A stretch of DNA of 64,000 nt, taken from the NCBI GenBank assembly GCA_041912555.1, contig JAYRMU010000063.1, forward strand, positions 103,236-167,235, written 5' to 3'. Position 1 is the stretch's first letter, and every line of letters starts with the position of its first letter. Shown here one piece after another: positions 55,364-64,000 of the stretch. This stretch comes from Thermoanaerobaculia bacterium (lineage in GTDB: Bacteria; Acidobacteriota; Thermoanaerobaculia; UBA5066; Gp7-AA6). A program made the translations under genes and the position numbers. The notes below the pieces were generated by a model, which was given only the letters and a program-made list of their open reading frames with translations, was not told where the DNA came from and searched no databases.

Positions 55364-56371
55364 CTAGCCGCTCCGGCCGAGCGCCTCGAGAAATTCCGCC
55401 TCGAGGCGTTCGGCGACGCGCGCCGCGTCGAAGGTCGCGGCCCGCGCGGGCCCGGCGGCGCGGGCGCGGGCGCGGGCCGCGTCCGTCAGGAGCGAAGGCA
55501 GCGCGTCGGCGAGGCTGCCGGGGTCGCCGTCCCGGAAATACCAGGCCGCGTCCCCGCCGATTTCCCTCTGCCCGGGCAGGTCGGAGAGAAGCGCCGGTAC
55601 GCCGCACGACAGCGCTTCGAGCGCGGGAAGACCGAACCCTTCCGCGACCCGGGAGGCCGCGATGAAGACGTCCGACGCCCGGTAGGCGAACGGCATTCGC
55701 TCGGGAGCGATCCGGTGGTGGTATTCGTCCGCGAGGCCGAATTCCTTCTCGAGGCCGCCGGCGGGGAAGTAGGACACACGCCGCAGCCGGAACCGCCCGC
55801 CCCGCCGGCGAAAGATCTCGAGCCCGCTCAGCGCGATCTCGATGCCCTTGAAGTCGATCTCGAGCGGCCCCACCACCAAAGCGACCGGAGGGTCCGCGGC
55901 CGGGCGCGCCGGCCCCGGAGAAAACAGCGCCGCGTCGAAGGCCTGGCCCACGTTCGCGACCGGGCCGAACCCGAAGCCCGCGAGCCGCGCCGCGAGCGTC
56001 TCCGAGATCGCGAGCTTGCGGGTCGGGAGCCGGTAGATCTCCGCGATCTCGGGCCAGATGTCCTCGTAGAAGGTGATCTCGCCCTCGTAGCCCTGGCAGA
56101 GGTGGAAGACGGGCCCCCGCGCGCTCGCGAGGGCCGGGCGGACGGTGCGGAAAAACGTGGCCACGACGACGTCCGCCTCCGCGAGCTCACGGGATTTCGC
56201 GAAGGCCGCCTGCTCGAAGCGGGCGCGGACGAGCGGAAACCAGTCGGGAGCGGGATTGGGGGAGACGACCGTGGCGCGGTGGCCGCGGCGCGCGAGGGCT
56301 TCCGCGTGCATCATGATGATCTTCGCCCCGCCGAAGAGGTCGCCCGATTCGAGGAGGTACGCGATCTTCAT
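55364..56371 (-). CDS. family 4/1 glycosyltransferase
   Basis: MKIAYLLESGDLFGGAKI...C-terminal EGFGLPALEALSCGVPALLSD (GT-B retaining-GT signature). Confidence 0.75.
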   Translation of the reverse strand: MKIAYLLESGDLFGGAKIIMMHAEALARRGHRATVVSPNPAPDWFPLVRARFEQAAFAKSRELAEADVVVATFFRTVRPALASARGPVFHLCQGYEGEITFYEDIWPEIAEIYRLPTRKLAISETLAARLAGFGFGPVANVGQAFDAALFSPGPARPAADPPVALVVGPLEIDFKGIEIALSGLEIFRRRGGRFRLRRVSYFPAGGLEKEFGLADEYHHRIAPERMPFAYRASDVFIAASRVAEGFGLPALEALSCGVPALLSDLPGQREIGGDAAWYFRDGDPGSLADALPSLLTDAARARARAAGPARAATFDAARVAERLEAEFLEALGRSG

Positions 56372-56438
56372 TCTGTTCGTCCGTGCCGGGAGGCGCGAAA
56401 TCTGATCACACTCCGGTCGAGCTAGGATAGACAGGAAC

Positions 56439-57147
56439 ATGGGTGGTGGCGCGCTCCGTTTGAGCAGGGATCCCGCGGCCCTGCGCGATGCGTACGCTTC
56501 GGCGCGCCCGTTCCCGCACGCCGTCCTGGACGGCCTCTTCCCGGACGAGCTGCTCGACGGCGTCCTCGCCGATTTCCCGGGCGCGGGCGATTCGGCATGG
56601 AGCCGTTTCGACAACCCGCAGGAGAAGAAACTCGGCAACTACCGGCGGCTCCTCGAGACGAGCGACCGCATCCAGCGGTTCCTCTTCGCGTTGAACTCGC
56701 CCGAGATGCTCGAATTTCTCGAGGCGATGACCGGAATCGAGGGCCTGATCCCGGACCCGTACTTCGGGGGGGGGAGCGCTCCACCAGATCGTGCGCGGCG
56801 GGTTCCTCAAGGTCCACGCCGACTTCAACTGGCACCCGAAGTTGAAGCTCGACCGCAGGCTCAACGTCCTGATCTACCTGAACCGGGACTGGAAGGACGA
56901 GTACGGCGGCGCCCTCGAGCTCTGGGATCGAAGCATGACCGGGCCGGAGAAATCGGTCCTGCCCGTCTTCAACCGCACCGTCGTGTTTTCGACGACGGAC
57001 TTCTCGTACCACGGCCATCCGCACCCGCTGGCCTGCCCGGAAGCGACGACGCGAAAGTCGGTCTCGCTGTATTACTACTCGAACGGCCGGCCGGACGAGG
57101 AAAAGTCGGCCCCGCACGACACGATTTTCCCGGCGGCCGCCGTATAA
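56439..57147 (+). pseudogene. 2OG-Fe(II) oxygenase superfamily gene interrupted by a +1 frameshift in a 9-G homopolymer (56766-56774)
   Basis: The N-terminal part (56439 frame) reads ...DPYFGGGS then runs out of frame. The C-terminal part (56791..57147 frame) reads ...LHQIVRGGFLKVHADFNWHPKLKLDRRLNVLIYLNRDW...YHGHP. Removing one G restores a continuous ...PDPYFGGGALHQIVRGGFLKVHAD... reading frame. Confidence 0.6.
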
Positions 57148-57265
57148 ATTTTCGTCGCCCAATCCGCATTTTGCGTCGCGCAGGAAGTCGGCTCCTTCCG
57201 CGGCATTTGCTCATAAGATGGACTCACGCTTTTCGGTGGCGCGCCGGCGCAGACGGGGGGTCCGG

Positions 57266-57898
57266 ATGGAAACGCCCGACGAGACGCTCGATCGAATCTC
57301 TCGAAGGGGCGAAGCGGTGTTCGCGATGGATGGCGCCAACCGGATCATCCGCTGGAACAAGGCCTGCGAGGAACTGCTCGGATTTCCGGCCCGGGCGGTG
57401 CTCGGGAAACCCTGCTACGAAGTTCTCCAGGGTCGCGACGCGAACGGAAACGACTATTGCCAGCGCAGCTGTCCCGTCGCGCGACAGGCGCGTGTGTCGA
57501 AGGACCATCCCGTCTCTCCCTTCGAGCTGACGGTTCGGACCGGGCAGGCGGGCCGGCGGCGCTTTTCGACGGCTCTCTTCGCGCTGTCTTCGTATCATCC
57601 CGCCCTCTCCACCCTGGTCCACGTCCTGCGGCCGCGGGCGGACCGAACCGCCGCCGGCGACCAGCGGCCGGAGCCCCTGCAACCGGTGACGGCCGGGGGC
57701 GAGGCGGTCACGCTGACGAGCCGGGAGGTGGACGTGCTGAGGGGGCTCGGGCGCGGCCTGACGGCGGCTGCCATCGCCAGGTCGCTGTTCATCTCCGAGG
57801 TCACCGTCCGCAATCACGTGGCCCGGATCCTGCTGAAGTTCCGCGTGCACACCAAGCTCGCCGCGGTCGCGTTCGCGCACGAGCACCATCTCCTCTGA
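57266..57898 (+). CDS. PAS-domain LuxR-family transcriptional regulator
   Basis: The N-terminus is PAS-like (FAMDGANRIIRWNKACEELLGF...). The C-terminal LuxR HTH is LTSREVDVLRGLGRGLTAAAIARSLFISEVTVRNHVARILLKF. Confidence 0.75.
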   Translation: METPDETLDRISRRGEAVFAMDGANRIIRWNKACEELLGFPARAVLGKPCYEVLQGRDANGNDYCQRSCPVARQARVSKDHPVSPFELTVRTGQAGRRRFSTALFALSSYHPALSTLVHVLRPRADRTAAGDQRPEPLQPVTAGGEAVTLTSREVDVLRGLGRGLTAAAIARSLFISEVTVRNHVARILLKFRVHTKLAAVAFAHEHHLL

Positions 57899-57979
57899 TC
57901 AGGACGCATCACGAAGCCGGCCGGGCCGGGCGTTAAGCTGGCCGGGCGCCGTCCGAACGGCCTTCTCGAGGACACGACC

Positions 57980-59773
57980 ATGAGACGTTTTCCGGGCTCG
58001 AGTTCCCCGGGTCTGGCGCTGGCCGCCGCCATCGCGGTCCTTCTCCCCGCGTCCGTCATCCTCGGCCAGGGGGAGATGAACGCGCAACTGGAGGCGCCCT
58101 CGGCCGCCCGGGACGCGCTCACGATCTTCACCGCGGCGAAGGTCCGCACCATGGAGCGCGAGAACCCGGAGGCGACGGCCGTGGCCGTCGCGGGCAAGCG
58201 GATCGTGGCCGTGGGGTCGCTGTCCGAAGTGAAGGCCGCGCTCGGAGACCGAGCCTTCGTCGTCGACGAGACCTTCCGGACGAAGGTGATCCTCCCGGGG
58301 CTCATCGACCAGCACCTGCATCCCGTTCTCGGAGCGCTGACGCTGGCGGTCGAGGTGATCGCCACCGAGGACTGGGTGCTTCCGACCCGCACGTACAAGG
58401 CGGCCCTGAGCGAGTCCGCGTACCGCGCGCGGCTCAAGGCCGCGGAGGCGGCGCTCAAGGACCCGAACGAGTGGCTCATCACGTGGGGCTACCAGCCCCT
58501 GTGGCACGGCAAGCTCGATCGCGCGACCCTCGACGCGCTGAGCGCGACGCGCCCGATCGCCGTCTGGCACCGCTCGTGCCACGAGTTCTACCTGAACACG
58601 GCGGCCCTGAAGGCCCTCGGGATCACCGAGGAGTCCACGAAGGGCAAGGGCCTGGCGAGCGAGCAGGCGAGCTGGCCGGAGGGGCACTTCTACGAGGCCG
58701 GCCTCAACCTGATGATGGAGCCGATGCTGAAGGTGCTCATCACGCCGCAGCGCCTGACCTTCGGCCTCACGCAGATGGTGGCGTACCTGCACAGCAAGGG
58801 GGTCACGGCGTACAACGAGCCGGGGGCCCTGTACACGCCCGACATGTGGAAGGTCTACGAGCAGATTCTCGGGGCCGACGACACGCCGATGTACAGCACG
58901 TTCATTGCCGACGGGCGCGGGATCGTCGATCGCGTCGGGCTCGAGCGGGCGCTCCAGGCCACCGAGGAGCAGATCGCCGTGGCGCCCCAGGGCACGGGGA
59001 GCAAGCTCTGGTTCTTCCCGAAGCAGGTCAAGCTCTTCGCGGACGGCGCGATCATCTCGCAGCTCATGCAGATGAAGGGCGGCTACCTCGACGGGCACAA
59101 GGGCGAGTGGATCATGCCGCCCGAGGAGCTGCGGCAGCGGGCGACGCTCTACTGGAACGCCGGCTACCAGATCCACATCCACGTCAACGGCGACGAGGGG
59201 CTCGACGCGGTGCTCGACGTCCTCGAGCGCCTGATGAGGGACAACCCGCGCGCCGACGCGCGCACCGTCATCGTCCACTTCGCCAACTCGACCGAGGAGC
59301 AGGTCGGACGGATCGCGCGCCTCGGCGCCCTCGTCAGCGCGAACCCGTACTACACCGTCGGGTTCGCGGACAAGTACGCGGAGTTCGGGCTGGGGCCGGA
59401 GCGGGCGAACGCGATGGTGCGCTCGGCCTCCGTGCTGCGGCACCGCATCCCGCTGTCCTTCCACTCGGACCTGCCGATGGGGCCGAGCGACCCGCTCTAC
59501 CTGGCGTGGTGCGCCGTGAACCGGACGACCGCCTCGGGACGCGTGGCGGACCCGGGCCAGCGCATCGGCGTCGAGGACGCGCTGCGCGGGGTGACGATCG
59601 AGGCCGCGTACTCCTGGCGCCAGGAGGACCGGATCGGGAGCATCGCTCCCGGAAAGATCGCGAACTTCACCGTGCTCGAGCGCGACCCCCTCGCGGTGGA
59701 CCCGGCGACGCTGAAGGACGTGCCAATCTGGGGCACGGTCTTCGAGGGCCGGAAGTACCCGATCCGGAAGTAG
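57980..59773 (+). CDS. secreted amidohydrolase-family metal-dependent hydrolase (Amidohydro_3 type)
   Basis: Signal peptide. PGLIDQHLHP...IHIHVNGDEG...HFANSTEEQV...SFHSDLP. Confidence 0.75.
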   Translation: MRRFPGSSSPGLALAAAIAVLLPASVILGQGEMNAQLEAPSAARDALTIFTAAKVRTMERENPEATAVAVAGKRIVAVGSLSEVKAALGDRAFVVDETFRTKVILPGLIDQHLHPVLGALTLAVEVIATEDWVLPTRTYKAALSESAYRARLKAAEAALKDPNEWLITWGYQPLWHGKLDRATLDALSATRPIAVWHRSCHEFYLNTAALKALGITEESTKGKGLASEQASWPEGHFYEAGLNLMMEPMLKVLITPQRLTFGLTQMVAYLHSKGVTAYNEPGALYTPDMWKVYEQILGADDTPMYSTFIADGRGIVDRVGLERALQATEEQIAVAPQGTGSKLWFFPKQVKLFADGAIISQLMQMKGGYLDGHKGEWIMPPEELRQRATLYWNAGYQIHIHVNGDEGLDAVLDVLERLMRDNPRADARTVIVHFANSTEEQVGRIARLGALVSANPYYTVGFADKYAEFGLGPERANAMVRSASVLRHRIPLSFHSDLPMGPSDPLYLAWCAVNRTTASGRVADPGQRIGVEDALRGVTIEAAYSWRQEDRIGSIAPGKIANFTVLERDPLAVDPATLKDVPIWGTVFEGRKYPIRK

Positions 59774-59779
59774 AGACGG

Positions 59780-60151
59780 GTGAGCGGCGCGCAGAGCCCC
59801 GCGGGCGGCCCCTTCGAGCGCGGACGGACCCTCTTCAACGCCGGCCGGTTCTTCGAGGCCCACGAGGCCTGGGAGGAGCTGTGGCGCGAGGAGCGGGGAG
59901 ATGCCCGCCGGCGGCTCCAGGGCCTGATCCAGATCGCGGCCGCGCTCCACAAGGCCCGGGCCGGCGCCGCGGGCCCCTGCGCCCGCCTGCTCGCGGCCGG
60001 GCTCGACAAGCTCGGCCCCCTCGGGGAGCGGGGCGACCTGGCCGCCTTCGGGGAGTCGGTCGAGAGGAGCCTCGCCGAAGCGCGGCGGTGGGAGCGGGGG
60101 GAAGCCGCCGGATTGTCATCGATGCCGGTGCTGCCGGCCCCGGGGGCGTAA
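59780..60151 (+). CDS. DUF309-domain protein
   Basis: FNAGRFFEAHEAWEELW...LQGLIQIAAALHKARAG. Confidence 0.6.
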   Translation: MSGAQSPAGGPFERGRTLFNAGRFFEAHEAWEELWREERGDARRRLQGLIQIAAALHKARAGAAGPCARLLAAGLDKLGPLGERGDLAAFGESVERSLAEARRWERGEAAGLSSMPVLPAPGA

Positions 60152-60177
60152 AATGGGCGGTGGACGGCCATACTCCG

Positions 60178-60381
60178 ATGCCCTTTCCGGACCTGCCCTG
60201 GAACTGTCCGAGCCCGTACTGCCCGGACCCCCACAACCCCTCCTCGAAGCCGGTCGACGGCGTCATCCGCTGCCGCTCGTGCGGATGGGAGCGGCGGGTC
60301 GCGGCGCCCGAGCCCGAGTCCGTCGACGACCTGCCGGGCCTCTTCGCGCCCCGGGATCCCGAGCCGGACGCCGAGCCGTAG
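60178..60381 (+). CDS. small zinc-ribbon protein (hypothetical, 67 aa)
   Basis: CPSPYC...CRSCGW (two CxxC pairs), acidic tail. It lies in the gap between the DUF309 gene and rnr. Confidence 0.3.
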   Translation: MPFPDLPWNCPSPYCPDPHNPSSKPVDGVIRCRSCGWERRVAAPEPESVDDLPGLFAPRDPEPDAEP

Positions 60382-60399
60382 CGGGGTAGACTCCGCCGC

Positions 60400-62646
60400 G
60401 TGTTGCCCCGCGATTCGGAGATCCTCGACCGCCTGCGCGAGAAGGGCTCGCGCGTCCTCTCGTTTGCCGAGATCCGGAGGGCGTTTTCCGTCCCGGAATC
60501 GGAGGAGGGGGACCTGCGCGAGCGCCTCGACGCGCTCGAGCGCCGGGGCGAAATCGCGCGGGTGCGCGGGGAGAAGTACTCCGCGATCGAATTCTCGGAC
60601 ATGGTCGCCGGGAGGATCACCGTCCGGCCGGAAGGGTTCGGCTTCGTCCTGGTTCCGGGCGGCGAAGACCTCTTCGTGCCCCGTCCGGGCATGCACGGCG
60701 CGATGGACGGGGACACCGTTCTCGCCCGGGAGGAGCGCTCGCGGGCGTCCTCGGGCCGGCGCGGCCGGGACACCGGGAGGAGCTCCGGCACGGTCGTCCG
60801 CGTTCTCGCCCGGGCCCGGGAGCGGGTCGTGGGGCGCTTCGAGACGAAGGAGGGACGCAAGATGGTCCTTCCCTACGACCCGAAGCTCGACGCCGTCATC
60901 CGGATCGCGGACGGCAAGACGCACAAGGCCCGCGAGGGCGAGATCGTCGAAGTGCGGCTGACGGCGTTCCCCGACGCGCGGCGCGTGGCGCACGGCGAGG
61001 TCGAGGAGCGCCTGGGCTTTCTCGGCGAGCCCGGCGTGGACATCGAGATCGTGCTGCGCTCGCACAACCTTCCGCCGCGCTTTCCGGAGCAGGTCGTCGC
61101 CGCGTCGGAGGCGTTCCCCGAGGAAGTCCGCGAGGAGGACCTGCTCGGCCGGCGCGACTTCCGGGATCACCGGATCGTCACGATCGACGGCGAGACCGCC
61201 AAGGACTTCGACGATGCCATCGAGGTCGAGAAGACGTCGGGCGGTTACCGGATCGGCGTGCACATCGCGGACGTCTCTCACTACGTCGAAGAGGACACCG
61301 TGCTCGACGACGAGGCGCGCTCGAGGGGGACCTCGGTCTACTTCCCCGGGCGGGTCCTCCCGATGCTCCCGGAGCGGCTGTCCAACGGCCTCTGTTCGCT
61401 CAACCCGCGCGTGGACCGGCTGGTCCTCTCCGCGATCCTCGAGCTCGACGCGAAGGGCCGCGTCACGGGCGCGGACTTCGCCAAGGGCGTGATCCGGAGC
61501 GCCCACCGGATGACCTACACGGAGGTGGCCCGCCTCCTCGAGACGCGGCCGAGCCCCGAGGACGAGCGCCGCTACGGCCGATTCCTCGAGGACTTCCGCC
61601 TGATGGGCGACGTCGCGGCGCTGCTGCGCAAGCGGCGCGAGGCCAGAGGCTCGATCGACTTCGACCTGCCGGACGCCGACATCGTGCTCGACGACGCGGG
61701 GCTCGTCGTCGGCATCGTCCCGGAGTCGCGCAACGTGGCCCACCGGCTGATCGAGGAGTTCATGCTGGCGGCCAACGAAGCCGTCGCGCGGAAGCTGCTC
61801 TTTGCCAAGCAGCCCGCGGTCTACCGGGTGCACGACCGCCCGGACCCCGACCGCCTCGTGGACCTGCGCGAGGTGCTCCAGAGCTTCGGATACGAGATCA
61901 AGGGCGACCTCGAGGAGCTCCCGCCGTCCGAGTTCCAGCGCCTGCTCGGCGAGATCGAGGGCAAGCCCGAGGAGCGCCTCCTCCACGACCTGCTGCTGCG
62001 CGCCCAGCGCAAGGCGCTCTACGCCGAGGAGTGCCGGGGCCACTACGCCCTGGCCGCCCCCTACTACTGCCATTTCACGTCGCCGATCCGGCGGTACCCG
62101 GACCTCGTCGTCCACCGCCAGCTCTCGCGCCTGCTGGCCGAGGGACGCCCGATCGCCGCGAAGGACTTCGAGCCGTTCAACGACCGGCTGCGGGAGGTCT
62201 CGGGCTTCTGCTCCGAGCGGGAGCGCCGGGCGGAGCAGGCCGAGCGGGAAAGCCTTCTGTGGAAGAAGATCGTGTTCATGCGGGACAAGGTGGGCCGCGA
62301 GTTCGACGCGTACGCGACCGGTGTGGCATCCTTCGGCGTGTTCGTGACGCTCAAGGACTTTTTCGTCGAAGGGCTCGTCCCCATGGCGGCGCTCGGCAAC
62401 GACTTCTTCGTGTACGAGGAGAAGCAGCACCGTCTCCGGGGGCGCAGCTCGGGAAAGATCTACCGGCTCGGCGACTCGATGCGCGTGCGCCTGGTCGCGA
62501 TCGACGAGGTACGGCGGCGGCTCGATTTCCGGCTCGGCGGCGAGCCGGAGGCCCGGACGTCGGCCCCGAAGGCCCCGCCCGCGAAAGGGCCCGCGGCCGC
62601 GAAACCGATGTCGTACGGGCGAGGCGCCCGTCGGAGGAAACCATGA
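60400..62646 (+). CDS. rnr: ribonuclease R
   Basis: RNB catalytic domain ([25 protein letters not shown]...[23 protein letters not shown]). C-terminal S1 domain and basic tail. Confidence 0.9.
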   Translation: MLPRDSEILDRLREKGSRVLSFAEIRRAFSVPESEEGDLRERLDALERRGEIARVRGEKYSAIEFSDMVAGRITVRPEGFGFVLVPGGEDLFVPRPGMHGAMDGDTVLAREERSRASSGRRGRDTGRSSGTVVRVLARARERVVGRFETKEGRKMVLPYDPKLDAVIRIADGKTHKAREGEIVEVRLTAFPDARRVAHGEVEERLGFLGEPGVDIEIVLRSHNLPPRFPEQVVAASEAFPEEVREEDLLGRRDFRDHRIVTIDGETAKDFDDAIEVEKTSGGYRIGVHIADVSHYVEEDTVLDDEARSRGTSVYFPGRVLPMLPERLSNGLCSLNPRVDRLVLSAILELDAKGRVTGADFAKGVIRSAHRMTYTEVARLLETRPSPEDERRYGRFLEDFRLMGDVAALLRKRREARGSIDFDLPDADIVLDDAGLVVGIVPESRNVAHRLIEEFMLAANEAVARKLLFAKQPAVYRVHDRPDPDRLVDLREVLQSFGYEIKGDLEELPPSEFQRLLGEIEGKPEERLLHDLLLRAQRKALYAEECRGHYALAAPYYCHFTSPIRRYPDLVVHRQLSRLLAEGRPIAAKDFEPFNDRLREVSGFCSERERRAEQAERESLLWKKIVFMRDKVGREFDAYATGVASFGVFVTLKDFFVEGLVPMAALGNDFFVYEEKQHRLRGRSSGKIYRLGDSMRVRLVAIDEVRRRLDFRLGGEPEARTSAPKAPPAKGPAAAKPMSYGRGARRRKP

Positions 62647-63194
62647 AGAGCTCGCGTTTTCTGATCGTGACCGCCGGCGCTCTCGCCGCCGCCCTGGCCT
62701 GCAAGGAGCGCGGCCGGCCGGACCCCAACGTGCGGATGGCGATCTCGCACGAGAAGGCCATCGACGGCGCGACCACCGAGGGCGGCCAGATGCAGCAGGG
62801 CCAGGGCGCGGGCCCCGGGTCCGACGTCCCGACGCGGCTCGAGGTCCCGCCCGAAGTCGCCCAGGCGTACTCGGGGATCAAGATCACCTGGAAGGACAAG
62901 GCCGACGGCAAGGAAGGCGTCATCGAGGTGCCGCTCGGCGGAGGCACGCCCCTTCCCGACCCTTCGCTCGTCGTCCGCGCGGACGTCTTCCTCCCGGCCT
63001 TCACGATGGGCGGCGGCGCGATCACGTCGGAGGGAGTCGAGCCCCAGAACCCCGCGGCGCGGATCACCGTGTTCGACAAGGGCAAGGAGATCTTCGGCGG
63101 CTGGATCTTCACGCGATTCCCAGACGTGCACCCGTTCGTGCACCCGCGCTTCCAGCTGCACCTCGACGGGGGAGTACCCAAGGCCACCAAGTGA
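62643..63194 (+). CDS. lipoprotein (hypothetical)
   Basis: [20 protein letters not shown] lipobox. ATGA overlap with the rnr stop. Confidence 0.5.
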   Translation: MKSSRFLIVTAGALAAALACKERGRPDPNVRMAISHEKAIDGATTEGGQMQQGQGAGPGSDVPTRLEVPPEVAQAYSGIKITWKDKADGKEGVIEVPLGGGTPLPDPSLVVRADVFLPAFTMGGGAITSEGVEPQNPAARITVFDKGKEIFGGWIFTRFPDVHPFVHPRFQLHLDGGVPKATK

Positions 63195-64000
63195 CGCGCG
63201 AAGCCCGAAAGGCCGCCGCGCGGCCTCCCGGGGCGCGTCGCGACGAGGGAACCGCTTCGCGGCCGGGTCGGGACTCCTCGGACCCGGAGGCGACGAAGCC
63301 CGCCGCCCCCTTCCGCGTCGTCATCGCCGGCCGCCCCAACGTCGGCAAGTCCTCGCTCTTCAACCGGCTGGTCGGGCATCGCCGGTCGATCGTCCACGAC
63401 CTCCCGGGGATGACCCGCGACGTCCTGGAAGTCGAGGCCGAGCTGCCGGACGGGCGGGTGTACCTCCTGGCCGACACCGGGGGCTACGACCCGGGGGGCA
63501 AGGACAAGATCCCGGCGGCCGTGCGCGAGCGGGCCGTCGCGGCCATCCGCGGAGCGAACCTCGTGTTCCTGGTGGTCGACGCTTCGGCGGGAATGCTCCC
63601 CGGCGACCTGGCCGCGGCGCGCGTCGTGCGCGAGGCGGGAGCGGACTGCGCCGTGGTGGCGAACAAGATCGACCGCCGCGAGGGCAGCGAGGGCGAAGTC
63701 GAGGCCTGGGAGCTCGGATTCTCCGAGGTGTACGGCGTCTCCGCCGAGCACGACATCGGCATCGACGACCTCCAGACGGCCATCGGCGAGCGCCTCGCCC
63801 TGTCGGGCGGCGCCGGAGAAGCGGCCCCCGAAGGAAAGGGGCACGAAATCGCGCTGGCCGTCGTGGGGCGGCCGAACGTCGGCAAGTCCTCGCTCCTGAA
63901 CGCGCTGCTCGGCGAGGACCGCGCGATCGTCTCGTCGGTCGCCGGGACGACGCGCGACTCCGTCGACGCGACCCTCCAGGCGGCGGGGCGGCGCTTCCGG
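63191..64000 (+). CDS. der: ribosome-biogenesis GTPase Der (EngA), 5' part; continues beyond the window
   Basis: Two G1 motifs, [14 protein letters not shown] and [14 protein letters not shown]. The GTG start overlaps the upstream stop. An N-terminal extension of about 40 aa precedes the first G-domain. Confidence 0.8.
   Translation, partial: MTREARKAAARPPGARRDEGTASRPGRDSSDPEATKPAAPFRVVIAGRPNVGKSSLFNRLVGHRRSIVHDLPGMTRDVLEVEAELPDGRVYLLADTGGYDPGGKDKIPAAVRERAVAAIRGANLVFLVVDASAGMLPGDLAAARVVREAGADCAVVANKIDRREGSEGEVEAWELGFSEVYGVSAEHDIGIDDLQTAIGERLALSGGAGEAAPEGKGHEIALAVVGRPNVGKSSLLNALLGEDRAIVSSVAGTTRDSVDATLQAAGRRFR

Noticed and set aside
56766-56774. G9 tract as a programmed phase-variation switch
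   Set aside because: It is equally consistent with a homopolymer sequencing error. There is no second homopolymer-containing gene or other contingency-locus feature in the window to support programmed slippage.

Overview
This window is a very high-GC (about 70% by eye) bacterial chromosomal segment that is densely packed with housekeeping genes. Many adjacent genes overlap by 4 nt (ATGA or GTGA stop/start overlaps).

Left to right, the window contains:
- The 5' end of ileS, then acpS, an MscS-family channel with a cNMP-binding domain, thiE, and a W-rich FecR-like secreted protein, all on the minus strand.
- def and cysS on the plus strand.
- A complete trp operon headed by a fused aroD/aroE gene (aroDE-trpEGDCFBA). 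It is preceded by a candidate promoter, a 16-codon leader ORF with three consecutive Trp codons, and a terminator/antiterminator hairpin, which together look like a classical trp attenuator.
- rodZ flanked by two paralogous repeat proteins, then a DnaJ-TPR protein, a PP2C phosphatase and a secreted hypothetical.
- A convergent NUDIX gene and a nuclease-helicase fusion (DinG/XPD-like), followed by dacB.
- A roughly 3.9 kb island of conspicuously lower GC at about 26.4-30.3 kb. It carries two tandem copies of an unusual two-gene module: a small protein with only sigma-70 region 2, followed by a large all-helical TPR-like protein. It has no tRNA, integrase or other mobility gene, and it is the best candidate here for an undescribed system.
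- A partial NADH dehydrogenase cluster on the minus strand (nuoA-E-F-G-H-J-K-L-M-N, with no B, C, D or I), next to gdhA.
- A GT2 / polysaccharide deacetylase / fabD / fabG / ACP / FabZ-like cluster, followed by a STAS protein and rpiA.
- ogt, a tRNA-Leu(CAG), and a DUF1254/DUF1214 protein with a clean rho-independent terminator.
- A secreted protein built of about eight 29-31 aa tandem repeats, a PAP2 phosphatase, and a GT4 glycosyltransferase.
- A 2OG-Fe(II) oxygenase gene interrupted by a +1 frameshift inside a 9-G homopolymer.
- A PAS-LuxR regulator, an amidohydrolase, a DUF309 protein, rnr, a lipoprotein and the 5' end of der.

No CRISPR arrays, IS elements or rRNA genes were seen. All coordinates come from the ORF track plus manual frame arithmetic. 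No database search was run.
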